From assembly GCA_030066595.1 (NCBI GenBank), contig JASJBI010000023.1:85717-149716 (forward strand): a DNA stretch of 64,000 nt, in the 5' to 3' direction. Position 1 is the stretch's first letter; every line of letters starts with the position of its first letter. The notes beneath the pieces were generated by a model. That model did no database searches. It worked only from the letters and a program-made list of their open reading frames with translations, and was not told the DNA's origin. Of the stretch, positions 35,608 through 45,395 are shown piece after piece. This stretch comes from Alphaproteobacteria bacterium (GTDB lineage Bacteria; Pseudomonadota; Alphaproteobacteria; JAJFFI01). Position numbers and translations under genes: made by a program.

Positions 35608-36453
35608 ATGACCGAGGAGGCCTTTTCCATCGCGACCATGAGCCGGGCCGAGGTAGACGCAGCCGTCGACCGGGCGGCCGCCGAAGGCTGGAATCCCGGC
35701 CTCGACGACGCCGACTGCTTCTATGCCGCCGATCCGAACGGCTTCCTGGTCGGCCATCTGGACGGTCAGCCGGTCGCCTCGATCTCGGTTGTCGCCTATG
35801 ACGACGCCTATGGTTTCCTCGGCTTCTATATCGTCGAGGAAGGCTATCGCGGCCGCGGGCTCGGCTTGCGCATTTGGCGGGCCGGCATGGCGTATCTCGG
35901 CGGCCGCACCGTCGGCCTCGACGGCGTGGTCGAGCAGCAGGCGAACTACCGGAAATCCGGCTTCGTCCTGGCCCATCGCAATATCCGCTATGAGGGCCGG
36001 ATCGACGCGGCCGCGCCGGTCGAAGGAGTCGTGGACGCGGCCGATGCGCCGTTCGAGGCCATCCTGGACTACGACCGGCCGTTCTTCCCCGCGCCCCGGC
36101 GGCGGTTCCTGGAGTGCTGGCTTCAGCCCGGCAAACGGGCCGCGCGCGTGCTGATGGAGGACGGACGGATTGCCGGCTACGGCGTCCTGCGGCCCTGCCG
36201 CAGGGGACACAAAGTGGGACCCCTGTTCGCCGAAACGCCCGAGGGCGCCGAGCGGTTGTTGCACGCGCTCGCCGCGACCATCCCCGGGGAGCTCCTCTAC
36301 CTGGATCCGCCGGAGCCGAACGCCCAGGCGATCGCCCTGGCCGAGCGCCACGGCATGACGCCCATATTCGAGACCGCGCGGATGTACAAGGGCGCCGCCC
36401 CCGACCTGCCGCTCGACCGGATCTTCGGCATCACCACCTTCGAGCTGGGCTAG
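35608..36453 (+). CDS. GNAT-family N-acetyltransferase (two-domain)
   Basis: 281 aa; acetyl-CoA-binding motif region YRGRGLGLRIWRAG within the N-terminal GNAT fold. Confidence 0.7.
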   Translation: MTEEAFSIATMSRAEVDAAVDRAAAEGWNPGLDDADCFYAADPNGFLVGHLDGQPVASISVVAYDDAYGFLGFYIVEEGYRGRGLGLRIWRAGMAYLGGRTVGLDGVVEQQANYRKSGFVLAHRNIRYEGRIDAAAPVEGVVDAADAPFEAILDYDRPFFPAPRRRFLECWLQPGKRAARVLMEDGRIAGYGVLRPCRRGHKVGPLFAETPEGAERLLHALAATIPGELLYLDPPEPNAQAIALAERHGMTPIFETARMYKGAAPDLPLDRIFGITTFELG

Positions 36454-36486
36454 TCGGCGGCGGGGAAACCGAACGCCAACTTGCTC

Positions 36487-36656
36487 GCCCTTCGGTCTTC
36501 GACTGCCGCGCTTCATCCTGAGCAGCGCCAACTGGCACGTCTCGAAGGAGACGCGCGGCGCTCAGGATGAAGGCCTCAGGACGACGTTTGAGGTCCGTCA
36601 GCGACGGCCACGAACCTCATGCTGAGCCTGTCGAAGCATGAGCCTGTCGAAGCATA
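36487..36656. repeat. REP/RIME-like palindromic intergenic mosaic element (locus 2, with tandem CATGAGCCTGTCGAAGCAT x2)
   Basis: GCTTCATCCTGAGC ... GCTCAGGATGAAGG long hairpin enclosing CGTCTCGAAGGAGACG, followed by a duplicated 19-mer containing the GAGCYTGTCGAAG core. Confidence 0.6.
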
Positions 36657-36697
36657 AGGCCCCGGGCGTCACCGATGACGCCGCAGAGAGCAGAGCT

Positions 36698-37075
36698 TTA
36701 GAACTCCAGGTACGGGCCGCTGGTGCCCTTGACGTAAGAGCCGTACATGCGGCAGTTCGGCGAGGTGTCGCCCTCGCCGCCTGGGCAATACGACTGGAGC
36801 CGCTCGCAGTCGTTCGGGACGACGAAGCAGCTTTCCGGCGCGTTGCTCTCGAGCACGCATTTGCGCTGGGCACCGTTGATGGCGTCCCGGCGCTCGGCGC
36901 CGCGGGCGAGCCACATGTCGCCCTGGATGTCGGTTGACCCACACTGATAGCCGCTGACCTCGTCCGGCAGGCAGTTGCCGACCGAACAGCCCGCCTTCGC
37001 CATGTGCCCCGTGGGATCACAGCCGCCGAGCGCGGCGAGGCAAAGAACCGCAATGGAAAACAGGATCGCGCGCAT
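36698..37075 (-). CDS. Cys-rich lipoprotein (hypothetical)
   Basis: ORF trimmed to MRAILFSIAVLCLAALGGC (lipobox LGGC); 12 Cys in 125 aa. Confidence 0.5.
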   Translation of the reverse strand: MRAILFSIAVLCLAALGGCDPTGHMAKAGCSVGNCLPDEVSGYQCGSTDIQGDMWLARGAERRDAINGAQRKCVLESNAPESCFVVPNDCERLQSYCPGGEGDTSPNCRMYGSYVKGTSGPYLEF

Positions 37076-37155
37076 GTGCCTTTGTCCTCGTCCCAGCCCT
37101 GTCCGATCATCGCCGAGAGTGCGGCGGGCCGCAAGCGGCATCGGCGGCCACGGCG

Positions 37156-38370
37156 TCAGCTCGCTGCAGCCGAGGATGCCACGTCACTTCTCGCCTCGCT
37201 GAAGGCCCGGCGAAACCCTTCGACGCTCCTGTCGATCATCTCGTCGTTGGCGGTCAGCGAGATCCGGAAGTAGCCCGGGATGTCGCAGATCGTGCCCGGC
37301 AGCACGTAGACGTTGTGGCTGGCCAGGCTCTCGGCGAAGGCGAGGTCGTCCTCGATCGGGCATTTCGGCAACAGATAGAACGTGCCCTCCGGGACGTGCA
37401 GCTGGTAGCCGATCTCGCGCAGGAAGCCGATCATGCGGTCGCGCTTGCGCTGCAGGTGGTCGATGTCGATCGACATGGCCTCCAGGTCCTCGATCGCGTG
37501 CTGCAAAGTGGCGTTCGGGAACAGCCAGCCCGCGGAGACCTGCGTCGTCATGATCAGCCGGCGCAGCGGCGCGCGGTCCGGGATGTTGGGCGAGAGCGCC
37601 AGCCAGCCGATCCGCTCGCCCGGCGTAAGCAGGGCCTTGCCATAGCTGTAGGAGATGGCCGTGTAGGGGTAGTGCTCGGCCGGGCTGATGAAGCGCAGGC
37701 CGTCGAACATCAGCCGGCTGTAGGGCTCGTCCGACAACAGCAGGATCGGCCGCCCGTGCCGGGCCGAGGCGTCCGTGAGCACGGCAGCCAAACGGTCCAG
37801 CGTTTCCGCCGGATACATGCGGCCGGTCGGGTTGTTGGGCGTGTTCACGATCACCATTGCGGTCTTGGCCGAGATCGCCGCCCCGATGGCGTCCACGTCC
37901 AGATCCAGATCGTCCGCCCGGACCCGCACCATGACCGGCGTGGCGCCGAACAGGCGGATCATGGCCTCGTAGTTGAACCAGGGAGGCAGGTTCATGATCA
38001 CCTCTTCGCCCGGATCGACGAACGCCTGCAGGGCCGTGGCGATGGCGCCGAAGGCGCCGTTGGTCATGGCGATGTCGTCCGCTTCGAAGGGCAGGCCGGT
38101 TCGGTCGCGCAGGCCGCGCGCCACCGCCTGTTGCGCCGTCTCCTCGGAGAGCTTGTAGGCGAACCAGTTCTTGTCCCGGGGCTCGACCCAGGTCTTCAAC
38201 GCGTTCACGAAAGCGCGAAGCGGCATGTCGTGCGGGTTGCCGAGGACGAAATCGCAGATCTCGGGATCGCCCGCCCGCGCGGCGTAGGGACCGTCCTTGA
38301 GATAGTTCAGCAGGGTCGATTTCGCGGCGGCCGAGGCCAGCGCGCGCTCGGAGATCAGCCCCTTGGACAT
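37156..38370 (-). CDS. PLP-dependent aminotransferase (class I/II)
   Basis: ORF trimmed to MSKGLISE (cat 38368-38370); fold-type I pattern incl. PLP-lysine region YSYGKALLTPGERIGW and NPTGRMY. Confidence 0.85.
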   Translation of the reverse strand: MSKGLISERALASAAAKSTLLNYLKDGPYAARAGDPEICDFVLGNPHDMPLRAFVNALKTWVEPRDKNWFAYKLSEETAQQAVARGLRDRTGLPFEADDIAMTNGAFGAIATALQAFVDPGEEVIMNLPPWFNYEAMIRLFGATPVMVRVRADDLDLDVDAIGAAISAKTAMVIVNTPNNPTGRMYPAETLDRLAAVLTDASARHGRPILLLSDEPYSRLMFDGLRFISPAEHYPYTAISYSYGKALLTPGERIGWLALSPNIPDRAPLRRLIMTTQVSAGWLFPNATLQHAIEDLEAMSIDIDHLQRKRDRMIGFLREIGYQLHVPEGTFYLLPKCPIEDDLAFAESLASHNVYVLPGTICDIPGYFRISLTANDEMIDRSVEGFRRAFSEARSDVASSAAAS

Positions 38371-38557
38371 GGCGGTGTTCCTCCCGGACGGGCGAACGAT
38401 TGTCCCGCGGCACGCCGAAGTCCGAGGCATGTCCGCCAGCCCACGATAGCACAGGCGGTCGCCGCGGGCGTAGCGACGTGGTAAGCGGGATCGAACAGAT
38501 CTCGGCGTATCAACCCGGTTGGCCCACAGCCAGGAGGCCAAATAGCGCGCCCTTGGC

Positions 38558-39121
38558 TCAGGGCGCGCCGCCGAGCCGCGCGCGGTCGACCCAGACCCGT
38601 TCCCAATCCTCCGGCACGTCCACGGTCAGATCGGGACCGCCGACGATGGCGAATTCCGGCGCCGGGCCCAGCACCATCTGCCGCCGCCAGCAGCTCACCG
38701 GTCCGTTCGCGGTGGCGCACAGGTCGCTGAGCGTCGGCTGGCGCGGAACGCCGCGCGGCTTGACCAGCCAGACCGCGCGCGACGGTCCGAGCGGCTCGCC
38801 CGCGCCCTGGATCAGCTCGTAGAGCCCGCCGTAACCGACCCCCATCTTCTCGGCGATCGCGCCATGGACCGCTGCCATGCCGCCGGTAATGGCGAGATCG
38901 TTCAGGGGATCCAGCGCCCAGGAGCCGTCGACCAGGTTCCAGTCTTCGTAGCCGTCCAGGTCGGCGAGCCACGGCACGGCGGAAATGCGGTAGGCCGCCG
39001 AGCTTCGAAAACCCGGCGCGCCGGCCGTCGCCAGCCGGTCGTGGAAGGCGGTCAGCGCCGCCTCGTAGTCGGGCTGGGCGACACCGTCCTGCGGCCGATG
39101 CCAGAAGATGTATGCGCGCAT
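38558..39121 (-). CDS. hypothetical protein
   Basis: 187-aa ORF with normal codon bias, no recognised motifs. Confidence 0.45.
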   Translation of the reverse strand: MRAYIFWHRPQDGVAQPDYEAALTAFHDRLATAGAPGFRSSAAYRISAVPWLADLDGYEDWNLVDGSWALDPLNDLAITGGMAAVHGAIAEKMGVGYGGLYELIQGAGEPLGPSRAVWLVKPRGVPRQPTLSDLCATANGPVSCWRRQMVLGPAPEFAIVGGPDLTVDVPEDWERVWVDRARLGGAP

Positions 39122-39199
39122 GGTGTCTCACAGGTCGGTTGGCTTGGGCGCCGCACCCTGGTGATGCGCGACGCGTTCGGTCTATCCGATTCTTGCGCC

Positions 39200-41776
39200 C
39201 TATTCCCCCGCCGCCGCGCTCTCTTGCGCGACCTCGGCCAAGCGCGTGTCGGCGACCGCACGAATATCCGCCTCCAGCACGGGATTGGCCCGCAGCAGCT
39301 TGCGGAAATCGCGGTCCTCGAGCACCAGCAGGTGGCAATAGCCCACGGCGACCACATCCGCGGTGCGCGGCCGGCGGGTCAGGAGGGCAAGCTCGCCGAA
39401 GAACTCGCCGGGTCCGAGGCTGATTGGCCCCCCGGCAACGTGCACCTCGACCGCGCCCGCGACCACGAAGTACATCTGCCCGCCCTGCGCCCCCTTGCGG
39501 ACCAGACGTTCGCCTGGCAGCGCAAGTCGGGGGCGCAGCAGCTGGGCGATGGCCATCAGCCGTTCCTGCTCCAGATTGGCGAACAGCGGCACCCGGCCGA
39601 TCATCTCCAGCAGGTCGAAGCCGAGATCGAGCTGCGGCCGGTGCTCCAGCGCGGCGCGGCGAACCCGCAAGTCCTCGAGCAGATGGTTGTAGAGCTCCCG
39701 CCCGATCAGCGACTCCTGGAAGCGGTCGTGATACTCGGCCGCCTCCACGCGCAGGGCCACACGCTGCAGATACTGCCGGCGCAGCGCTGCCGTGTAGCCG
39801 GGGTAGAGCAGCTCGAGGGCGGACAAAGCGTCTTCGACCGCCTGACGCCGTCGCACAAGCAGGTCCGAAAGCGCGTCGCTGCAGTCTGCTCCGAGCAACG
39901 GGTGGATGGCCGTGCGGTTGAAGCGGATCAACTCGGCCAGCACCAGACGCAGGATGATGAGCGTTTCGAAGCGGTCCGCCAGCACCCGGGCCAAAGGAGC
40001 GCTCCAGCCCAGGCGCCGATGCAGCCAAAGCGCCACCCGAAACGCCCGCGAGAGCTGAACGTCCATCTGGCTCGCCCGTTCGTAGCCGGCCTCGCCCGCC
40101 GTCTTGACCCGGTCGACCAGGCGATTGGCGCTTGCGACGAACCGGCCGACCATGCGGCGCGAGATGGTCCGCTCCTCGAAATGTTTCAGGTAGAGCTGCT
40201 TTTCCCGATTGGCCAGCGTCATCAGGCCGATCTGCTCCATGTCATGCAGTCGCGCCGCCCCGGCGGGCGCCCCTTCCGCCGAATCCGAGGGCGGCGACAC
40301 AGCGTCCGAGTCCAGGCCGTATTCCCGCGCCACGGCCCGCACCTCTTCGCCCACGACCTGGCGCGAGAGCGCCATGACCCGATCCCTGAGCGCCCGCTCG
40401 GTCGGGCTCAACTGGTCGAGCTTCAGCGCGTGCAACAACGGCCGCAGGCTGGGCGCGCCGGCGAACAGGGTGAACAAGACATAGGCGGTCGCCAGCACGG
40501 CCACGAAATTCTGGATCTCGCCCGGCACGAACGGGTTCTCATACACCGCCAGCGCCAAGGCGAGTGTGACCGCGCCGCGCAGCCCACCCCACAGGATCAC
40601 GGCCTTGTAGCGATGCCCGATCGGCTCGCCGAGACCGGCCGCGACCAGAGCCGGCCAGAGCCCGTACAGCACCAGCGCCCGCGCCGCCAGCGCGGCCGCC
40701 ACCAACAATGCCAACAGCCCAACATCCGCGGCGCGCGCCTCGGGCAGCACCTGCGCCGCCAGCATGGACGCCAGGATGAAGATCATCGAGTTGGCCCAGA
40801 ACTCCAGGTGGCGCCAGGTCTGGGTGAGCGTGCCCCAGGTCGCCGGCGCCAGCCGCGTCCGGCCGTACACCGCGAAGGTCAGGGCCGCGGTGACCACGGC
40901 GACCACGCCGGACACCGACAGCCAGACTTCCGCCACCAGATAGGACATATAGGCCAGCGGCACCGTCAGAGTGATCTCGGCGACCGAGATCTCGCGCAGC
41001 CAGGGCAGAATGGCGCAGGTGGCCGCGGCGATGAGGTAGCCGAACAGCGCCCCGCCGACCATGACCAAGAGGAAGTTCAGGACGCCGGCCGCGGGTCCCA
41101 CACCGCCGGCGCCGGTCACCATCGCCAGCAGCACCACGAAGCCGGCGATCGCGGCGGCGTCGTTGAACAGGCTTTCGCCCGCCACCAGGATCGAGAGCCG
41201 TCGCGGCGCGCCGATATCCCGGAACAGCGCCACGACCGCCGCCGGATCGGTGGGCGCGATGATCGCGCCCAAGAGAAGACAGGCGACCAGGCCCAGTTGG
41301 GTGACCGCCGAGAGCGCGCCGCCCACCACCAGAATGGAGACCACCACGGCGACGACCGCAAGCAACAGCACCGCCGCGAACTCGTCGATCAGCAGCCGCA
41401 CGTCGATGGTCAGCCCAGCGGTGAACAGGAGCGGCGGCAGGAAGATCAGCAGCAGCGCATCGGTGCCGAGCTCGAGCCCCGCCAGTCCCCTGAGGATGGT
41501 CTCGGCGATGCCCGGCTCGGCCCCTTCGCCCAGCGCGTTGGCGATAAATCCGAGGCCGAGCCCGAACGCCGCCAGCAGCATGGCCGGCGGCAGCATGAGA
41601 CGCTCGGCCAGCGGCATCAGGAGGCTCACGCAGGTGAGCAGCACCATGACGGCGAGGACGGTGACGAAGATCTCCGGCATCAGCGACTCCGCGACCGACG
41701 GGCCGGCACAATGCCCGATGATGGCGCCTGGCGCCAGCGCCAACGGCGCCAGCATGGCGCGCTCCAGGGCTCCCAC
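39200..41776 (-). CDS. NhaP-type Na+(K+)/H+ antiporter (CPA1) fused to C-terminal cyclic-nucleotide-binding domain
   Basis: ~420 aa polytopic CPA1 exchanger, regulatory linker, then cNMP-binding fold (GEFFGELALL...RTADVVAV). Track start is GTG; alternative starts at Met8/Met33. Confidence 0.8.
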   Translation of the reverse strand: MGALERAMLAPLALAPGAIIGHCAGPSVAESLMPEIFVTVLAVMVLLTCVSLLMPLAERLMLPPAMLLAAFGLGLGFIANALGEGAEPGIAETILRGLAGLELGTDALLLIFLPPLLFTAGLTIDVRLLIDEFAAVLLLAVVAVVVSILVVGGALSAVTQLGLVACLLLGAIIAPTDPAAVVALFRDIGAPRRLSILVAGESLFNDAAAIAGFVVLLAMVTGAGGVGPAAGVLNFLLVMVGGALFGYLIAAATCAILPWLREISVAEITLTVPLAYMSYLVAEVWLSVSGVVAVVTAALTFAVYGRTRLAPATWGTLTQTWRHLEFWANSMIFILASMLAAQVLPEARAADVGLLALLVAAALAARALVLYGLWPALVAAGLGEPIGHRYKAVILWGGLRGAVTLALALAVYENPFVPGEIQNFVAVLATAYVLFTLFAGAPSLRPLLHALKLDQLSPTERALRDRVMALSRQVVGEEVRAVAREYGLDSDAVSPPSDSAEGAPAGAARLHDMEQIGLMTLANREKQLYLKHFEERTISRRMVGRFVASANRLVDRVKTAGEAGYERASQMDVQLSRAFRVALWLHRRLGWSAPLARVLADRFETLIILRLVLAELIRFNRTAIHPLLGADCSDALSDLLVRRRQAVEDALSALELLYPGYTAALRRQYLQRVALRVEAAEYHDRFQESLIGRELYNHLLEDLRVRRAALEHRPQLDLGFDLLEMIGRVPLFANLEQERLMAIAQLLRPRLALPGERLVRKGAQGGQMYFVVAGAVEVHVAGGPISLGPGEFFGELALLTRRPRTADVVAVGYCHLLVLEDRDFRKLLRANPVLEADIRAVADTRLAEVAQESAAAGE

Positions 41777-42148
41777 GCAGGTCCGGCACGGCTACGCAAT
41801 ATCATTCAATATCAAAGAGATTGGCCCGAGTTGCCAGCGTTCTCTGTGGGCTTCCGCACATGCGGAGGCCGGCGCCGACCTCCGCGTTGGGGTCGTCGGA
41901 CGCCGCCCGGAGCGGCGCCCGGCCGGGTCGAATATGAGCCACTAGAAGGCCGTCTCACGACAGTATCGGGTCTGGCCGGGGTCTACCGTTTCGCCGGATC
42001 GGTGTCGTGGCCGGGCCGGCAGAACGGGCCTATACTGCTGGCAAACAGGGCCGGGATTGGCGCGAAACGGCGCCTCGCGCTCGGGCAAACGGGCGGAAAG
42101 AACCGGGCCGACGACACAAAGCGCGCCGGTTGAACGCGCGCCCAACTC

Positions 42149-43804
42149 GTGAGGGGAGGCCTCGAGATGGCGACAGACCATGCATTGATGCAAGAGGAGA
42201 TGCGGGCCAAATCCGGCTGGCTCAAAGGGCTCAATCCGGAAGTGGCGCTGATCTCCAAATTCATCGTATTCGCCTTGGTTATCTTTGCGGCGATCTGGAC
42301 GAAGGAGGCGGGCGGCCTGTTCTCCGCCGTCAAGGATTGGATGGTGACCGGGCTGAAATGGTACTACATCGGCATTGTCGCCATCTTCCTGTTCTACTGC
42401 TTCTGGCTGCTGATCAGCCGCTACGGCAACATCCGCCTGGGCCGCGACGACGAGCGCCCGGAATTCAGCTATTTCTCCTGGTTCGCGATGCTGTTCGGGG
42501 CCGGCATGGGCATCGGACTGGTGTTCTGGAGCATCGCCGAGCCGATGTACCATTTCGACAGCAATCCGTTCATCGCGGAAGGCCAGTCCCAGACCGCCGA
42601 AGGCGCCAGGACGGCGATGCGGATCACCTTCTTCCACTGGGGCCTCCACCCCTGGGCGATCTACGTGATCGTGGCGCTGTCGCTGGCCTACTTCGCCTAT
42701 CGGCGCGGCCTGCCCCTGTCGATCCGATCGTCGTTGTATCCCTTGATCGGCGACCGGATTTACGGGCCGATCGGCCATGCTGCGGACATCCTGGCGATCT
42801 TCGGCACCGTGTTCGGCGTGGCGACCTCGCTGGGCCTCGGCGTGCAGCAGATGGCCACCGGCCTGTATGAGCTCACCGGCGCCGAGATGTTCATTCAGCT
42901 CGACGCCGAGGGCAACCAGGCGCCCAACACCGCCGCGATGCTGGTGCTGATCGCGATCATCTCGGCCATCGCCACGGTCTCGGTGGTCTCGGGCGTGGGC
43001 AAGGGCATCCGCATCCTGAGCGAGCTCAATCTCTGGCTCTCCATCTCGATCCTGGTGTTCCTACTGGTCTTCGGGCCGACGCTGTTCCTGCTGGAATCCC
43101 TGCTGCAGGCGACTGGCGACTACCTGCAGCACGTCATCCCGCTGAGTTTCTGGACGGCGGCCAACATCGAGACGCCGTGGCAGGGCTGGTGGACCGCGTT
43201 CTACTGGGGCTGGTGGATCTCCTGGGCCCCCTTCGTGGGCATGTTCATCGCCCGCATCTCCCGCGGCCGGACCATCCGCGAATTCGTGCTGGGGGTCCTG
43301 CTGGTGCCCACGCTGCTGGCCTTCGTCTGGCTGACGCTGTTCGGCGGCACCGCGCTCCACATCGAGCTGTTCGGAGACGGCGGCATCGTCGAGGCGGTGA
43401 AGAAGGACGTGACCGTCGCCCTCTACACCACGTTCGCAAAGATGGACGTGGGCTTCGTCGGCACCCTGTTCTCGGCCGTGGCGACCTTGCTGATCGCCAC
43501 CTACTTCATCACCTCGTCCGATTCCGGCACGCTGGTGGTGAATACGTTGATGTCGGCCGGCGATCCGAATCCGCCCACGGTGCACCGGGTGATCTGGGGC
43601 CTCGGTGAAGGTGCCGTGGCCGCCGTGCTGTTGGTGGCGGGCGGGCTGTCGGCGCTGCAGACCGCCTCGATCACCGGCGCCCTGCCCTTCTCGGTGATCA
43701 TGATCTTCATGTGCATCGGGCTGACCAAGGCGTTGAGCGAAGAGCAGGTCGGGCCGCAGTTCGCGCCGGCGGCCAGTGGCGGCGGCGCGCCTGCCGGCGA
43801 ATAG
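42149..43804 (+). CDS. BCCT-family (betaine/carnitine/choline) transporter
   Basis: 551 aa, 12 TM, BCCT signature-like Trp-rich segment (WTAFYWGWWISWAPFVGMFIARIS); possible start MATDHAL at 42167. Confidence 0.85.
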   Translation: MRGGLEMATDHALMQEEMRAKSGWLKGLNPEVALISKFIVFALVIFAAIWTKEAGGLFSAVKDWMVTGLKWYYIGIVAIFLFYCFWLLISRYGNIRLGRDDERPEFSYFSWFAMLFGAGMGIGLVFWSIAEPMYHFDSNPFIAEGQSQTAEGARTAMRITFFHWGLHPWAIYVIVALSLAYFAYRRGLPLSIRSSLYPLIGDRIYGPIGHAADILAIFGTVFGVATSLGLGVQQMATGLYELTGAEMFIQLDAEGNQAPNTAAMLVLIAIISAIATVSVVSGVGKGIRILSELNLWLSISILVFLLVFGPTLFLLESLLQATGDYLQHVIPLSFWTAANIETPWQGWWTAFYWGWWISWAPFVGMFIARISRGRTIREFVLGVLLVPTLLAFVWLTLFGGTALHIELFGDGGIVEAVKKDVTVALYTTFAKMDVGFVGTLFSAVATLLIATYFITSSDSGTLVVNTLMSAGDPNPPTVHRVIWGLGEGAVAAVLLVAGGLSALQTASITGALPFSVIMIFMCIGLTKALSEEQVGPQFAPAASGGGAPAGE

Positions 43805-43840
43805 CTCGGCTGATTTCGGGCTGAGCCCACCGTTGCCTTG

Positions 43841-43872
43841 GGGGCGGCGCGATCGCGCCGCCCCTTTGCTGT
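43841..43872 (+). terminator. rho-independent terminator after BCCT transporter gene
   Basis: Perfect GC palindrome GGGGCGGCGCGATCGCGCCGCCCC followed by TTTGCTGT, 37 nt after the stop codon. Confidence 0.6.
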
Positions 43873-43994
43873 CCGGCAGCGGGCGCAATCCAGCCCTGGA
43901 CATTGCTTACCGCCCAAGCATCCGTCCTCTATAATCGAGTATGAGGGACGCCACAGCGGCTCCTTGCAGAGCCGCGCCAGCGGAATGCGAACGC

Positions 43995-45395
43995 ATGCCA
44001 AGGCTGCCACTCGTCGTCATTTTCCTGCTCACCCTGCTTTCCGGCGGCGCGGTCGGCGCGGAGCCCCTGATCCCGATCCTGAACCTCAAGGGACCGATCG
44101 GCCCTGCCACCTCGGACTATGTCGAGCGTGGTCTCGAGCAGGCGCGCGAGCAGGGTGCCGAGGCCGTCGTCTTGCGGATCGACACGCCGGGCGGGCTCGA
44201 CAGCGCGATGCGCGACATTATCAAGTCCGTTCTGTCGTCGCCGGTGCCGGTCGTGGCCTATGTGGCGCCGAGCGGCGCCCGCGCGGCCAGCGCCGGGACC
44301 TACATCCTGTATGCGAGCCACGTGGCCGCCATGGCGCCGGGAACCAGCGTGGGGGCGGCGACGCCGGTCCCGATCGGGCTGCCGAGCCCGCTGCCGTCAC
44401 CACCACGTCCGGAACGCCAACCGGAGAAAAACGGAGAGCCGGACGAAGAGCAAACAACCGACGACACGCCGCCGCGCGAGCCAAAACCGGCTGTACGCCC
44501 AACCATGGGCGACAAAGCGGTCAGCGACGCGGCCGCCTACATCCGCAGCCTCGCCCGGATGCGCGGGCGCAACGCCGACTGGGCCGAGAAGGCGGTCCGC
44601 GAGGCGGCGAGTCTCGGCGCCGAGGAGGCGCTCGAGATCGGCGTCATCGACATCGTCGCCCCCACCCTTGAAGATTTGCTGGCGCAGCTCGACGGGCGCC
44701 AGGTCGTCGTGCTGGGACAGACACGGTCTCTCTCGACGAAGGCGGCGCGAACAGTGGAGATCGAAGCCGACTGGCGGACCGAGCTCTTGGCGGTGATCAC
44801 CAATCCGAACGTGGCCTACATCCTGATGCTCGTCGGCATCTATGGCCTGATGTTCGAGTTCATCAACCCGGGCGCGCTGGTGCCGGGAATCGTCGGCGCC
44901 GTCTGCCTCGTGCTTGCGCTCTATGCCCTAAACGTGCTGCCCATAAACTACGCCGGTCTCGCGCTGATGCTGCTGGGCATCGGGCTGATGACCGCCGAGG
45001 CCTTCGCGCCCAGCTTCGGGGTGCTGGGCATCGGCGGCGCGGCCGCGTTCGCGATCGGCTCCGTGATCCTGTTCGAGGCCGGCGGCCCCCATTTCGCGGT
45101 GTCCTGGGCGGTGGTCGGCGCCGTCGCTTTGAGCAGCCTCGCCTTTTCCATGATCGTGATTGCGATGGCGGTCAAGGCGCGCCGTCGACCGGTGGTGACC
45201 GGGCGGCGGGAGATGATCGGCAGCAAGGGGCAGGTGTTGGAATGGTCGGGCCGCACGGGACGGGTGCGGACGCACGGTGAGATCTGGCAGGCGTCCGCGC
45301 ACACGCCGCTGGAGCCGGGACAGGAGATCCGTGTCGCCAGCCTTGAGGAGCTCACTCTTGTGGTCGAGCCCGTGCCGAAGAAGGATGAGCAATGA
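43995..45395 (+). CDS. NfeD-like membrane-bound serine protease (ClpP-class)
   Basis: ORF trimmed to MPRLPLVV; periplasmic ClpP-like domain (IDTPGGL...), Pro-rich linker, TM region and C-terminal OB-fold domain. Confidence 0.8.
   Translation: MPRLPLVVIFLLTLLSGGAVGAEPLIPILNLKGPIGPATSDYVERGLEQAREQGAEAVVLRIDTPGGLDSAMRDIIKSVLSSPVPVVAYVAPSGARAASAGTYILYASHVAAMAPGTSVGAATPVPIGLPSPLPSPPRPERQPEKNGEPDEEQTTDDTPPREPKPAVRPTMGDKAVSDAAAYIRSLARMRGRNADWAEKAVREAASLGAEEALEIGVIDIVAPTLEDLLAQLDGRQVVVLGQTRSLSTKAARTVEIEADWRTELLAVITNPNVAYILMLVGIYGLMFEFINPGALVPGIVGAVCLVLALYALNVLPINYAGLALMLLGIGLMTAEAFAPSFGVLGIGGAAAFAIGSVILFEAGGPHFAVSWAVVGAVALSSLAFSMIVIAMAVKARRRPVVTGRREMIGSKGQVLEWSGRTGRVRTHGEIWQASAHTPLEPGQEIRVASLEELTLVVEPVPKKDEQ

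Noticed and set aside
36600-36660. Tandem CATGAGCCTGTCGAAGCAT x2, considered as a CRISPR or minisatellite
   Set aside because: There are only two copies, no spacers, and the unit is the core of the REP-like element family. It is not a CRISPR array.
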